64,000 nucleotides of DNA from Escherichia coli (GTDB lineage Bacteria; Pseudomonadota; Gammaproteobacteria; Enterobacterales; Enterobacteriaceae): the NCBI RefSeq assembly GCF_030013595.1, contig NZ_CP122768.1, one strand, 5' to 3'. Position 1 is the first letter of the stretch; each line of letters begins with the position of its first letter. Below the pieces are notes generated by a model that was not told the origin of the DNA, did no database searches, and was given only the letters and a program-made list of their open reading frames with translations. The translations under genes were made by a program, and so were the position numbers. Below are positions 1-10,014 of this stretch, piece by piece.

Positions 1-453
1 GAAGATGTGGCGGTCCGCTTTCCGGTTGCAAAAGAACTGGGTGCGACGGCTGTAGTAAATGGTTCTACCGAAGATGTGGTGGCGCGCTGCCAGCAAATTT
101 GTGGCAAAGACAATCTGGGACTGGTGATTGAATGCTCCGGTGCCAATATCGCATTGAAACAAGCCATCGAAATGCTCCGCCCGAACGGGGAAGTGGTACG
201 CGTTGGAATGGGCTTCAAACCTCTTGATTTCTCGATTAATGACATTACCGCCTGGAACAAAAGCATCATTGGGCATATGGCCTATGACTCCACCTCATGG
301 CGTAACGCTCTCCGGCTATTAGCCAGCGGCGCTATCAAAGTCAAACCGATGATCACGCATCGTATCGGCCTGTCGCAATGGCGCGAAGGGTTTGATGCGA
401 TGGTCGATAAAACCGCAATCAAAGTGATCATGACTTACGACTTTGATGAATAA
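1..453 (+). CDS. ydjL: Zn-dependent alcohol dehydrogenase family protein, C-terminal part (5' end outside window)
   Basis: Open frame from base 1 to TAA at 451-453; translation resembles the C-terminal Rossmann/cofactor domain of MDR dehydrogenases; synteny upstream of ydjK. Confidence 0.8.
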   Translation, partial: EDVAVRFPVAKELGATAVVNGSTEDVVARCQQICGKDNLGLVIECSGANIALKQAIEMLRPNGEVVRVGMGFKPLDFSINDITAWNKSIIGHMAYDSTSWRNALRLLASGAIKVKPMITHRIGLSQWREGFDAMVDKTAIKVIMTYDFDE

Positions 454-479
454 CTACTCTCCTGAAGGAACGTTATCGC

Positions 480-1859
480 ATGGAACAGATAACAAAACCG
501 CATTGTGGTGCACGGCTGGATCGCTTACCGGATTGCCGCTGGCATTCGTCAATGTTTGCTATCGTCGCGTTTGGCTTGCTTGTCTGCTGGAGTAATGCCG
601 TTGGTGGCTTGATCCTCGCGCAGCTGAAAGAGTTGGGCTGGACAGATAATTCCACCACTGCCACATTCTCAGCAATCACGACCGCCGGAATGTTTCTCGG
701 TGCGCTGGTTGGCGGCATCATCGGTGACAAAACCGGTCGCAGAAATGCGTTCATCCTCTATGAGGCCATTCATATTGCCTCGATGGTGGTCGGTGCTTTT
801 TCACCGAATATGGATTTCCTTATTGCCTGCCGTTTTGTGATGGGCGTTGGGCTGGGAGCTTTACTGGTGACGCTGTTTGCTGGTTTCACCGAATATATGC
901 CCGGTAGAAATCGCGGAACGTGGTCCAGTCGGGTTTCTTTTATTGGCAACTGGTCATATCCGCTCTGTTCATTGATTGCGATGGGACTCACGCCGCTGAT
1001 TAGTGCAGAGTGGAACTGGCGAGTACAACTGCTTATCCCTGCAATATTGTCGCTTATCGCTACGGCGCTGGCCTGGCGCTACTTTCCTGAATCCCCGCGC
1101 TGGCTGGAATCGCGCGGACGGTATCAGGAAGCCGAGAAAGTCATGCGGAGTATAGAAGAAGGCGTCATACGCCAGACGGGAAAACCTTTGCCGCCCGTGG
1201 TTATTGCTGATGACGGTAAAGCGCCACAAGCGGTGCCGTATTCAGCCTTACTGACAGGAGTATTACTGAAACGCGTGATATTAGGTTCTTGTGTGCTGAT
1301 TGCCATGAACGTTGTGCAGTACACACTAATTAACTGGTTGCCAACGATATTCATGACCCAGGGGATTAATTTAAAAGACTCGATTGTTTTAAATACCATG
1401 AGTATGTTTGGCGCGCCATTTGGTATTTTTATTGCCATGCTGGTGATGGATAAAATTCCGCGTAAAACAATGGGTGTGGGGCTATTAATCCTGATTGCGG
1501 TGCTCGGATATATCTATTCACTGCAAACCAGTATGTTGCTCATAACGCTGATTGGTTTCTTCCTGATTACTTTCGTCTATATGTACGTTTGCTATGCCTC
1601 GGCAGTGTATGTCCCTGAGATCTGGCCGACAGAAGCCAAATTACGTGGCTCCGGTCTGGCGAATGCAGTAGGGCGAATCAGTGGTATTGCCGCACCTTAT
1701 GCCGTTGCAGTGCTGCTCAGTAGTTATGGCGTAACGGGAGTCTTTATTCTTCTGGGGGCGGTTTCAATTATTGTCGCAATTGCTATCGCCACCATTGGAA
1801 TTGAAACCAAAGGTGTCTCCGTTGAAAGTTTAAGTATTGATGCAGTAGTCAATAAATAA
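480..1859 (+). CDS. ydjK: MFS transporter (sugar porter-like)
   Basis: 459-aa ORF, multi-TM hydrophobic profile, MFS motifs (GxxxDKxGRR); synteny. Confidence 0.85.
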   Translation: MEQITKPHCGARLDRLPDCRWHSSMFAIVAFGLLVCWSNAVGGLILAQLKELGWTDNSTTATFSAITTAGMFLGALVGGIIGDKTGRRNAFILYEAIHIASMVVGAFSPNMDFLIACRFVMGVGLGALLVTLFAGFTEYMPGRNRGTWSSRVSFIGNWSYPLCSLIAMGLTPLISAEWNWRVQLLIPAILSLIATALAWRYFPESPRWLESRGRYQEAEKVMRSIEEGVIRQTGKPLPPVVIADDGKAPQAVPYSALLTGVLLKRVILGSCVLIAMNVVQYTLINWLPTIFMTQGINLKDSIVLNTMSMFGAPFGIFIAMLVMDKIPRKTMGVGLLILIAVLGYIYSLQTSMLLITLIGFFLITFVYMYVCYASAVYVPEIWPTEAKLRGSGLANAVGRISGIAAPYAVAVLLSSYGVTGVFILLGAVSIIVAIAIATIGIETKGVSVESLSIDAVVNK

Positions 1860-1875
1860 TACTGGTGGATTCAAA

Positions 1876-2919
1876 ATGAAAAATTCAAAAGCAATATTGC
1901 AGGTGCCGGGCACAATGAAAATTATTTCAGCAGAAATACCTGTGCCTAAAGAAGATGAAGTTTTGATTAAAGTGGAATATGTCGGTATTTGTGGTTCAGA
2001 TGTACATGGTTTCGAATCAGGCCCGTTTATTCCGCCTAAAGACCCAAATCAAGAAATTGGCCTGGGTCATGAATGCGCCGGGACGGTTGTGGCTGTGGGA
2101 AGCCGTGTGCGCAAATTTAAAGCGGGGGATCGGGTAAATATCGAACCTGGCGTTCCTTGCGGTCACTGTCGTTACTGTCTGGAAGGCAAATATAACATCT
2201 GCCCGGACGTTGATTTTATGGCGACACAACCTAACTACCGCGGCGCATTAACGCACTATCTGTGTCATCCGGAGAGCTTTACTTACAAACTGCCCGACAA
2301 TATGGACACGATGGAAGGGGCGCTGGTGGAGCCTGCCGCAGTCGGGATGCATGCAGCGATGCTGGCAGATGTTAAACCGGGTAAGAAGATAATTATTCTG
2401 GGAGCGGGTTGTATTGGTTTGATGACGTTGCAAGCGTGCAAATGCCTGGGAGCTACGGATATTGCCGTCATTGATGTACTGGAAAAACGTCTGACAATGG
2501 CGGAACAGCTCGGCGCGACAGTGGTTATTAACGGCGCAAAAGAAGACACTATTGCACGCTGTCAGCAATTTACCGAAGAAATGGGCGCAGATATTGTTTT
2601 CGAAACAGCGGGTTCTGCGGTCACCGTTAAACAGGCACCTTATCTGGTAATGCGCGGCGGTAAAATTATGATTGTTGGTACTGTACCGGGCGATTCGGCA
2701 ATCAATTTCCTCAAAATCAATCGCGAAGTCACTATCCAGACAGTATTCCGCTATGCCAATCGTTATCCGGTCACGATTGAAGCTATTTCCACAGGGCGAT
2801 TCGATGTGAAATCGATGGTGACACATATTTACGATTATCAGGATGTACAACAGGCATTTGAAGAGTCGGTTAACAACAAACGCGACATTATTAAAGGCGT
2901 TATTAAAATTAGCGATTAA
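1876..2919 (+). CDS. ydjJ: Zn-dependent sugar-alcohol dehydrogenase (MDR family)
   Basis: 347-aa ORF with GHECAG zinc motif and GxGxxG NAD fold; synteny. Confidence 0.85.
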   Translation: MKNSKAILQVPGTMKIISAEIPVPKEDEVLIKVEYVGICGSDVHGFESGPFIPPKDPNQEIGLGHECAGTVVAVGSRVRKFKAGDRVNIEPGVPCGHCRYCLEGKYNICPDVDFMATQPNYRGALTHYLCHPESFTYKLPDNMDTMEGALVEPAAVGMHAAMLADVKPGKKIIILGAGCIGLMTLQACKCLGATDIAVIDVLEKRLTMAEQLGATVVINGAKEDTIARCQQFTEEMGADIVFETAGSAVTVKQAPYLVMRGGKIMIVGTVPGDSAINFLKINREVTIQTVFRYANRYPVTIEAISTGRFDVKSMVTHIYDYQDVQQAFEESVNNKRDIIKGVIKISD

Positions 2920-2939
2920 TTAATACGGGAGAACAGAAT

Positions 2940-3776
2940 ATGCTCGCAGATATCAGATATTGGGAAAACGATGCCACAAATAAACATTATGCAATTGCCC
3001 ATTTTAACGTATGGAATGCAGAAATGTTGATGGGCGTTATCGACGCAGCCGAAGAAGCGAAATCACCGGTTATTATTTCTTTTGGTACAGGTTTTGTCGG
3101 GAACACCTCATTTGAAGATTTCTCTCACATGATGGTATCAATGGCAAAAAAAGCAACGGTGCCGGTAATAACTCATTGGGATCATGGTCGGAGTATGGAA
3201 ATTATTCATAACGCCTGGACTCATGGTATGAATTCATTAATGCGTGATGCTTCCGCATTTGATTTCGAAGAAAATATTCGTTTAACCAAAGAGGCTGTTG
3301 ATTTCTTCCATCCGCTGGGTATTCCGGTAGAGGCAGAATTAGGGCATGTCGGTAATGAAACCGTTTATGAAGAAGCGCTGGCGGCCTATCACTATACCGA
3401 TCCTGACCAGGCGGCTGAATTTGTTGAACGTACGGGCTGTGACTCATTGGCTGTCGCCATCGGCAACCAGCATGGGGTTTATACGTCAGAGCCACAATTG
3501 AATTTTGAGGTCGTCAAACGCGTACGCGATGCCGTTTCTGTTCCGCTGGTTTTGCACGGCGCATCGGGGATCAGTGATACCGACATTAAAACTGCAATTT
3601 CGTTGGGTATCGCGAAAATCAACATTCATACGGAGCTCTGTCAGGCCGCAATGGTAGCAGTGAAAGAAAACCAGGATCAGCCTTTCCTGCATTTAGAACG
3701 TGAAGTACGTAAAGCTGTAAAAGAACGGGCATTGGAAAAAATTAAACTGTTCGGTTCTGATGGCAAAGCGGAATAA
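2940..3776 (+). CDS. ydjI: class II (metal-dependent) ketose-bisphosphate aldolase family protein
   Basis: 278-aa ORF resembling class II FBP/tagatose-BP aldolases; synteny. Confidence 0.85.
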   Translation: MLADIRYWENDATNKHYAIAHFNVWNAEMLMGVIDAAEEAKSPVIISFGTGFVGNTSFEDFSHMMVSMAKKATVPVITHWDHGRSMEIIHNAWTHGMNSLMRDASAFDFEENIRLTKEAVDFFHPLGIPVEAELGHVGNETVYEEALAAYHYTDPDQAAEFVERTGCDSLAVAIGNQHGVYTSEPQLNFEVVKRVRDAVSVPLVLHGASGISDTDIKTAISLGIAKINIHTELCQAAMVAVKENQDQPFLHLEREVRKAVKERALEKIKLFGSDGKAE

Positions 3777-3780
3777 TGAT

Positions 3781-4728
3781 ATGGATAATCTCGACGTTAT
3801 TTGTATAGGTGCCGCTATTGTTGATATTCCATTGCAACCGGTCAGTAAAAATATCTTTGATGTGGATTCTTATCCTCTTGAAAGAATCGCAATGACCACC
3901 GGGGGTGATGCAATAAATGAAGCAACAATTATTTCTCGTCTGGGCCATCGCACAGCATTAATGAGTCGTGTTGGTAAAGATGCCGCCGGGCAATTTATTC
4001 TCGACCATTGCCGCAAAGAGAATATTGATATTCAAAGCCTGAAGCAGGACGTCAGCATAGATACCTCAATTAACGTTGGACTGGTGACGGAGGATGGCGA
4101 GCGGACGTTTGTCACAAACCGTAACGGCAGTCTGTGGAAATTGAATATTGACGATGTTGATTTTCCGCGGTTTTCTCAGGCGAAATTATTATCTCTGGCC
4201 AGTATTTTCAACAGTCCTCTATTGGATGGTAAAGCGCTAACAGAAATTTTTACGCAAGCTAAAGCCCGGCAGATGATTATCTGTGCCGATATGATCAAAC
4301 CGCGGTTGAATGAAACGCTGGATGATATTTGCGAAGCATTGAGTTATGTCGATTATCTGTTTCCTAATTTTGCCGAGGCAAAATTACTCACCGGGAAAGA
4401 GACACTGGATGAAATTGCTGACTGCTTTCTTGCGTGCGGCGTAAAAACGGTGGTGATTAAAACGGGTAAAGACGGCTGCTTTATCAAGCGTGGTAACATG
4501 ACGATGAAGGTGCCGGCGGTCGCAGGAATAACCGCCATCGACACTATTGGCGCAGGCGATAACTTTGCTTCTGGCTTTATAGCGGCTCTGTTAGAAGGCA
4601 AAAATCTGCGTGAATGCGCACGCTTTGCCAATGCAACGGCGGCTATCTCGGTTCTAAGCGTCGGTGCCACCACCGGTGTAAAAAACAGAAAGCTGGTCGA
4701 ACAATTGCTGGAAGAATACGAAGGATAA
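3781..4728 (+). CDS. ydjH: PfkB/ribokinase-family sugar kinase
   Basis: ORF 3760-4728; internal ATG at 3781 gives the 315-aa length recalled for K-12; GAGD motif near C-terminus. Confidence 0.85.
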   Translation: MDNLDVICIGAAIVDIPLQPVSKNIFDVDSYPLERIAMTTGGDAINEATIISRLGHRTALMSRVGKDAAGQFILDHCRKENIDIQSLKQDVSIDTSINVGLVTEDGERTFVTNRNGSLWKLNIDDVDFPRFSQAKLLSLASIFNSPLLDGKALTEIFTQAKARQMIICADMIKPRLNETLDDICEALSYVDYLFPNFAEAKLLTGKETLDEIADCFLACGVKTVVIKTGKDGCFIKRGNMTMKVPAVAGITAIDTIGAGDNFASGFIAALLEGKNLRECARFANATAAISVLSVGATTGVKNRKLVEQLLEEYEG

Positions 4729-4737
4729 TGAAGGCAA

Positions 4738-5718
4738 ATGAAAAAGATACCTTTAGGCACAACGGATATAACGCTTTCGCGAATGGGGTTGGGGACATGG
4801 GCCATTGGCGGCGGTCCAGCATGGAATGGCGATCTCGATCGGCAAATATGTATTGATACGATTCTTGAAGCCCATCGTTGCGGCATTAACCTGATTGATA
4901 CTGCGCCAGGATATAACTTTGGCAATAGTGAGGTTATCGTCGGTGAGGCGTTAAAAAAACTGCCCCGTGAACAGGTTGTAGTAGAAACCAAATGCGGCAT
5001 TGTCTGGGAACGAAAAGGGAGTTTATTCAACAAAGTTGGCGATCGGCAGTTGTATAAAAACCTTTCCCCGGAATCTATCCGCGAAGAGGTAGAAGCCAGC
5101 TTGCAACGTCTGGGTATTGATTACATCGATATCTACATGACGCACTGGCAGTCGGTGCCGCCATTTTTTACGCCGATAGCTGAAACTGTCGCAGTGCTCA
5201 ATGAGTTAAAGGCCGAAGGGAAAATTCGCGCTATAGGCGCTGCTAACGTCGATGCTGACCATATCCGCGAGTATCTGCAATATGGTGAACTGGATATTAT
5301 TCAGGCGAAATACAGTATCCTCGACCGGGCATTGGAAAGCGAACTGCTGCCGCTATGTCGTGATAATGGCATTGTGGTACAGGTTTATTCCCCGCTAGAG
5401 CAGGGATTGTTGACCGGTACCATCACTCGTGATTACGTTCCGGGCGGCGCTCGGGCAAATAAAGTCTGGTTCCAGCGTGAAAACATGCTGAAAGTGATTG
5501 ATATGCTTGAACAGTGGCAGCCACTCTGTGCTCGTTATCAGTGCACAATTCCCACTCTGGCACTGGCGTGGATATTAAAACAGAGTGATTTAATCTCCAT
5601 TCTTAGTGGGGCTACTGCACCGGAACAGGTACGTGAAAATGTCGCGGCATTGAATATCAACTTATCGGATGCAGACGCAACATTGATGAGGGAAATGGCA
5701 GAGGCCCTGGAGCGTTAA
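4738..5718 (+). CDS. ydjG: aldo-keto reductase
   Basis: 326-aa ORF with AKR-like sequence; synteny. Confidence 0.85.
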   Translation: MKKIPLGTTDITLSRMGLGTWAIGGGPAWNGDLDRQICIDTILEAHRCGINLIDTAPGYNFGNSEVIVGEALKKLPREQVVVETKCGIVWERKGSLFNKVGDRQLYKNLSPESIREEVEASLQRLGIDYIDIYMTHWQSVPPFFTPIAETVAVLNELKAEGKIRAIGAANVDADHIREYLQYGELDIIQAKYSILDRALESELLPLCRDNGIVVQVYSPLEQGLLTGTITRDYVPGGARANKVWFQRENMLKVIDMLEQWQPLCARYQCTIPTLALAWILKQSDLISILSGATAPEQVRENVAALNINLSDADATLMREMAEALER

Positions 5719-5854
5719 ATACTCAACACGATTCACCTCTGTTTCTGTGAAAACTGTGATGAAAATCTGTGATTCAAACAGGTTATTTTGAAAGTAAACA
5801 TCGGTTATGCGATAATCGCGCTAATGTGATGTAAAAAGATACAGGGGTGTAATC

Positions 5855-6613
5855 GTGGCGGCAAAAGACAGGATTCAGGCAATTAAGCAAATGGTTGCCA
5901 ACGATAAAAAGGTGACAGTCTCAAATTTGAGTGGGATTTTTCAGGTAACCGAAGAAACCATTCGCCGCGATCTTGAGAAGCTGGAAGATGAAGGCTTTTT
6001 GACCAGAACCTATGGTGGTGCTGTTTTAAATACAGCGATGTTGACGGAGAATATCCATTTTTATAAGCGCGCTTCATCGTTTTATGAAGAGAAGCAGCTT
6101 ATTGCACGCAAGGCACTACCCTTTATCGACAATAAAACCACCATGGCAGCCGATTCCAGTAGTACCGTAATGGAATTGCTCAAATTGTTACAGGACCGTA
6201 GTGACCTGACGTTGCTAACCAACTCGGCGGAAGCGATTCATGTTCTGGCTCAGTCAGAAATTAAAGTCGTTTCAACGGGTGGGGAACTAAACAAAAATAC
6301 ACTTTCCCTGCAAGGAAGAATTACTAAAGAGATCATCAGCCGCTACCATGTCGATATCATGGTAATGAGTTGTAAAGGTCTAGATATTAACAGCGGCGCG
6401 CTGGACTCTAACGAAGCGGAAGCTGAAATCAAAAAGACAATGATCCGTCAGGCGACAGAAGTTGCGTTATTGGTTGATCACTCTAAGTTTGATCGCAAAG
6501 CTTTTGTCCAGTTAGCTGACTTTAGTCATATTAATTACATAATAACTGATAAATCACCGGGTGCAGAGTGGATAGCATTTTGCAAAGACAATAATATCCA
6601 GCTGGTGTGGTAA
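5855..6613 (+). CDS. ydjF: DeoR-family transcriptional regulator
   Basis: 252-aa ORF, GTG start at 5855, N-terminal HTH and DeoR C-terminal sugar-phosphate-binding domain. Confidence 0.85.
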   Translation: MAAKDRIQAIKQMVANDKKVTVSNLSGIFQVTEETIRRDLEKLEDEGFLTRTYGGAVLNTAMLTENIHFYKRASSFYEEKQLIARKALPFIDNKTTMAADSSSTVMELLKLLQDRSDLTLLTNSAEAIHVLAQSEIKVVSTGGELNKNTLSLQGRITKEIISRYHVDIMVMSCKGLDINSGALDSNEAEAEIKKTMIRQATEVALLVDHSKFDRKAFVQLADFSHINYIITDKSPGAEWIAFCKDNNIQLVW

Positions 6614-6729
6614 TTTAAGCACACGTTGTCAATATTATTTGTTCCTGCGCCTGGAAATAAAATGATGATAAAGATGCGGCAAGTGAATTTGCCGCAATTG
6701 CTACCTTTTTAGCAAATCCGAGGCACCTA

Positions 6730-8088
6730 ATGGAACAATATGATCAAATTGGCGCAAGACTGGACCGCTTGCCTTTGGCCCGGTTTCATTATCGTATATT
6801 TGGTATTATAAGCTTTAGTCTGTTATTAACGGGTTTTTTGAGTTATTCAGGCAATGTTGTTTTAGCAAAGCTGGTAAGCAATGGATGGTCAAATAATTTC
6901 CTCAATGCCGCCTTTACCTCGGCATTAATGTTTGGTTATTTCATCGGCTCTCTTACCGGTGGGTTCATCGGTGATTATTTTGGGCGGCGCAGGGCTTTTC
7001 GCATAAATCTTCTCATCGTCGGTATTGCGGCAACAGGGGCCGCTTTTGTCCCTGATATGTACTGGCTCATCTTCTTTCGCTTCCTGATGGGCACAGGAAT
7101 GGGGGCGCTGATTATGGTTGGCTATGCTTCGTTTACGGAGTTTATCCCCGCGACGGTGCGTGGAAAATGGTCCGCGCGGCTCTCATTTGTCGGTAACTGG
7201 TCGCCCATGTTGTCTGCGGCGATAGGCGTGGTGGTTATCGCTTTTTTTAGTTGGCGGATAATGTTTCTGCTGGGTGGTATTGGCATACTGTTAGCCTGGT
7301 TTCTCTCAGGTAAATACTTTATTGAGTCGCCTCGATGGTTGGCGGGGAAAGGACAAATCGCAGGTGCAGAAAGCCAACTTCGTGAAGTAGAGCAGCAAAT
7401 TGAAAGAGAGAAGAGTGTTCGTTTACCCCCGCTTACTTTGAATCAGAGCAACAGCAAGGCTAACATAATCAATGGTACTTTCTGGCTGCTGTTTAAAGGG
7501 GAAATGTTACGACGTACATTAGTCGCGATTACTGTTTTAATTGCAATGAACATTTCACTTTATACCATCACCGTATGGATACCGACCATATTTGTTAACT
7601 CCGGCATTGATGTCGATAAATCAATATTAATGACTGCTGTTATTATGATTGGCGCTCCGGTAGGAATATTTATTGCGGCATTAATTATTGATCATTTTCC
7701 TCGTCGATTATTTGGCTCCGCCTTACTTATTATTATTGCCGTGTTAGGCTATATCTATTCAATTCAGACTACAGAGTGGGCGATTTTAATCTATGGCCTG
7801 GTGATGATCTTCTTTTTATACATGTATGTTTGCTTCGCGTCGGCGGTTTATATCCCGGAGCTTTGGCCAACGCATTTACGCCTGCGCGGTTCAGGTTTCG
7901 TTAATGCCGTCGGACGGATCGTCGCGGTCTTCACGCCTTATGGCGTTGCGGCACTATTAACGCATTATGGGTCAATTACGGTGTTTATAGTGCTTGGCGT
8001 GATGTTAGTGCTCTGTGCGCTGGTTCTCTCCATTTTTGGCATCGAAACGCGGAAGGTGTCATTGGAAGAGATTTCTGAGGTGAATTAA
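6730..8088 (+). CDS. ydjE: MFS transporter, paralog of ydjK
   Basis: 452-aa ORF sharing N-terminal and motif similarity with the ydjK product (LDRLP...GxxxDxxGRR). Confidence 0.85.
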   Translation: MEQYDQIGARLDRLPLARFHYRIFGIISFSLLLTGFLSYSGNVVLAKLVSNGWSNNFLNAAFTSALMFGYFIGSLTGGFIGDYFGRRRAFRINLLIVGIAATGAAFVPDMYWLIFFRFLMGTGMGALIMVGYASFTEFIPATVRGKWSARLSFVGNWSPMLSAAIGVVVIAFFSWRIMFLLGGIGILLAWFLSGKYFIESPRWLAGKGQIAGAESQLREVEQQIEREKSVRLPPLTLNQSNSKANIINGTFWLLFKGEMLRRTLVAITVLIAMNISLYTITVWIPTIFVNSGIDVDKSILMTAVIMIGAPVGIFIAALIIDHFPRRLFGSALLIIIAVLGYIYSIQTTEWAILIYGLVMIFFLYMYVCFASAVYIPELWPTHLRLRGSGFVNAVGRIVAVFTPYGVAALLTHYGSITVFIVLGVMLVLCALVLSIFGIETRKVSLEEISEVN

Positions 8089-8140
8089 ATCTTTCGTTGA
8101 TGGCGTCAATTGCCAGATGTACCACTGACGTGTTTTATCT

Positions 8141-8171
8141 GGCCTACAATGGCAGTACAGAATTGTAGGCC
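8141..8171. terminator. inverted repeat (GGCCTACAAT ... ATTGTAGGCC) between convergent ydjE and pncA; candidate bidirectional terminator or REP-like unit
   Basis: 10-bp perfect inverted repeat read directly at 8141-8150 and 8162-8171. Confidence 0.4.
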
Positions 8172-8180
8172 AGCATAAAA

Positions 8181-8822
8181 TTACTCCTGCGTCTCTTCCC
8201 AGTCTGCCAGCGTATATAGCGTTGCCCCAGCTGCTGACATCTCCATAAACGCGTGCGCACTGTCCTGTGGCTGGATATTCACACCACGACAACCATCGGT
8301 AATCACATTAACCTTATAACCTAACTGTAACGCGTCCAGTACGGTAAACTTCACGCAATAGTCAGTAGCCAGGCCCATAATGATCAATTCATCGATTTCA
8401 TGATCGCGTAACCAGTCATCGAGCGTGGTTTTCTGCCGACGGCCGTTATCAAAAAAGGCACTGTAACTGTCAACTAAAGGATTTTCGCCTTTATGGAACA
8501 CCGCTGCGATCGCTTTTTGGTTCAGTAACGGATGTAATTGTGCGCCTTCACTGTTCTGCACACAGTGATCTGGCCAGAAGGTTTGTGGCAAACCGTCGAG
8601 TTGGCCTGGCGTATAAGGCTCTACACCGTGCTGACTGGCAAAACTGCCGTGATTCGCCGGGTGCCAGTCCTGACTGGCGATAACCGCTTCACCGCGCGAC
8701 TGGCACCAGTCAATCAGGCGGTTAGCGACATCCACCGTACTGTCACCTTCCGGCACGGCGAGCGCGCCACCAGCACAGAAATCATTTTGTAAATCGACCA
8801 GTAACAGGGCGCGAGGGGGCAT
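8181..8822 (-). CDS. pncA: nicotinamidase / pyrazinamidase
   Basis: ORF 8181-8840; Met at 8822 gives 213 aa starting MPPRALLLVDLQNDF; isochorismatase-fold catalytic residues. Confidence 0.9.
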   Translation of the reverse strand: MPPRALLLVDLQNDFCAGGALAVPEGDSTVDVANRLIDWCQSRGEAVIASQDWHPANHGSFASQHGVEPYTPGQLDGLPQTFWPDHCVQNSEGAQLHPLLNQKAIAAVFHKGENPLVDSYSAFFDNGRRQKTTLDDWLRDHEIDELIIMGLATDYCVKFTVLDALQLGYKVNVITDGCRGVNIQPQDSAHAFMEMSAAGATLYTLADWEETQE

Positions 8823-8832
8823 TGCAGTCTCC

Positions 8833-9849
8833 TTAATCATCCGGCGTCAGTTCGCCGCGCAGGTTTTGGCTCATGGCCTTGCGAATGGTTTCAGTATCCA
8901 GTTCCTGGCTAAGCAGGTAATGCAGTTTGGTTAGTGTGGCTTCTACAGTCATATCTGCACCGCCAATAACGCCGGCATGGGCGAGGGCGTTACCGGTGGC
9001 ATAACCACCCATGTTCACTTTACCGGACATACATTGTGTCAGGTTGACCACCACAATACCGCGATCGCTGGCTTCTTGTAATTCCTGCAGGAAGGCTTTG
9101 TTTTGTGGCGCATTACCCACGCCATATGAGCGCAGAATCAATGCTTTCACCGGTTGGCGCAGAAAATTGCGCACGACGTCAGCAGAAATCCCTGGATAAA
9201 TCGTCACTACGCCAATCGGTTGTGGGGTGATTGGATGAACGATCAATTCCCCTTCACCGTGCGGGGCGGGTGGCGTATTCAAACGACGAATATGGATACC
9301 TGCTTCCAGTAACGGAGGAAGGTTTGGAGAGGCAAACGCATCAAAACCATCGGCATGGGCTTTGGTGGTACGGTTGCCACGATAAAGTCGATTATTAAAA
9401 AAGAGAGTTACTTCGTTGATAGGATAATTCGCCGCAACGTACAACGCATTCAGCAGATTAATTTGTCCGTCAGAGCGTAACTCAGCTAGCGGGATTTGTG
9501 ACCCTGTCACAATAACCGGTTTACCGAGATTCTCGAGCATGAACGACAGCGCAGAGGCGGTATACGCCATCGTGTCGGTGCCGTGCAGAATGACAAAACC
9601 ATCATAGTCGTCATAATGCACTTTAATATCTTCAGCAATATGCTGCCAGTCTTCTGGCGTCATATCTGAAGAGTCCATCAGCGGCGTATATTCATGAATG
9701 GTGAAATCTGGCATCTCCGGGCGATGGAATTCCGGCATCAGCGCCAGTTGGCGCTGTAGATGACCTGACACCGGAATATAACCCTGCTCGGAACGCTGCA
9801 TCCCGATGGTCCCGCCCGTGTAGGCGACGTAAATTGATTTCTTTTGCAT
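8833..9849 (-). CDS. ansA: L-asparaginase I (cytoplasmic)
   Basis: ORF track is 5'-extended; start MQKKSIYVAYTGGTIGM at 9849 gives 338 aa; asparaginase TGGTIG motif. Confidence 0.9.
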   Translation of the reverse strand: MQKKSIYVAYTGGTIGMQRSEQGYIPVSGHLQRQLALMPEFHRPEMPDFTIHEYTPLMDSSDMTPEDWQHIAEDIKVHYDDYDGFVILHGTDTMAYTASALSFMLENLGKPVIVTGSQIPLAELRSDGQINLLNALYVAANYPINEVTLFFNNRLYRGNRTTKAHADGFDAFASPNLPPLLEAGIHIRRLNTPPAPHGEGELIVHPITPQPIGVVTIYPGISADVVRNFLRQPVKALILRSYGVGNAPQNKAFLQELQEASDRGIVVVNLTQCMSGKVNMGGYATGNALAHAGVIGGADMTVEATLTKLHYLLSQELDTETIRKAMSQNLRGELTPDD

Positions 9850-10014
9850 GATATTGATATGAATGATATCGAAAGAGCAAAAGTATATACGTGAGGCAGG
9901 GGGAGCGCACCTGATACTATGCGGATAAGGAAATATGGGGCGAGACAGCGGGAAGAGGATTCGTCGAGGTAAAAAAAATGTGGCCGACGATCTGTCGGCC
10001 ACTCAGTACAAGAC

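Noticed and set aside
2248-2850. 200-aa ORF antisense to ydjJ
   Set aside because: Lies entirely within the opposite strand of a well-supported dehydrogenase gene; Cys/His/Arg-rich low-complexity translation typical of shadow ORFs
4353-5033. 226-aa ORF antisense across the ydjH-ydjG junction
   Set aside because: Shadow ORF on the opposite strand of two strongly supported genes
8833-10002. N-terminally extended ORF-track versions of ansA (also sppA, ydjY, ydjX, astD, ves, chbF, ynjD, cedA)
   Set aside because: The extensions run into upstream intergenic or neighbouring-gene sequence; internal Met starts reproduce the conserved protein N-termini and expected lengths
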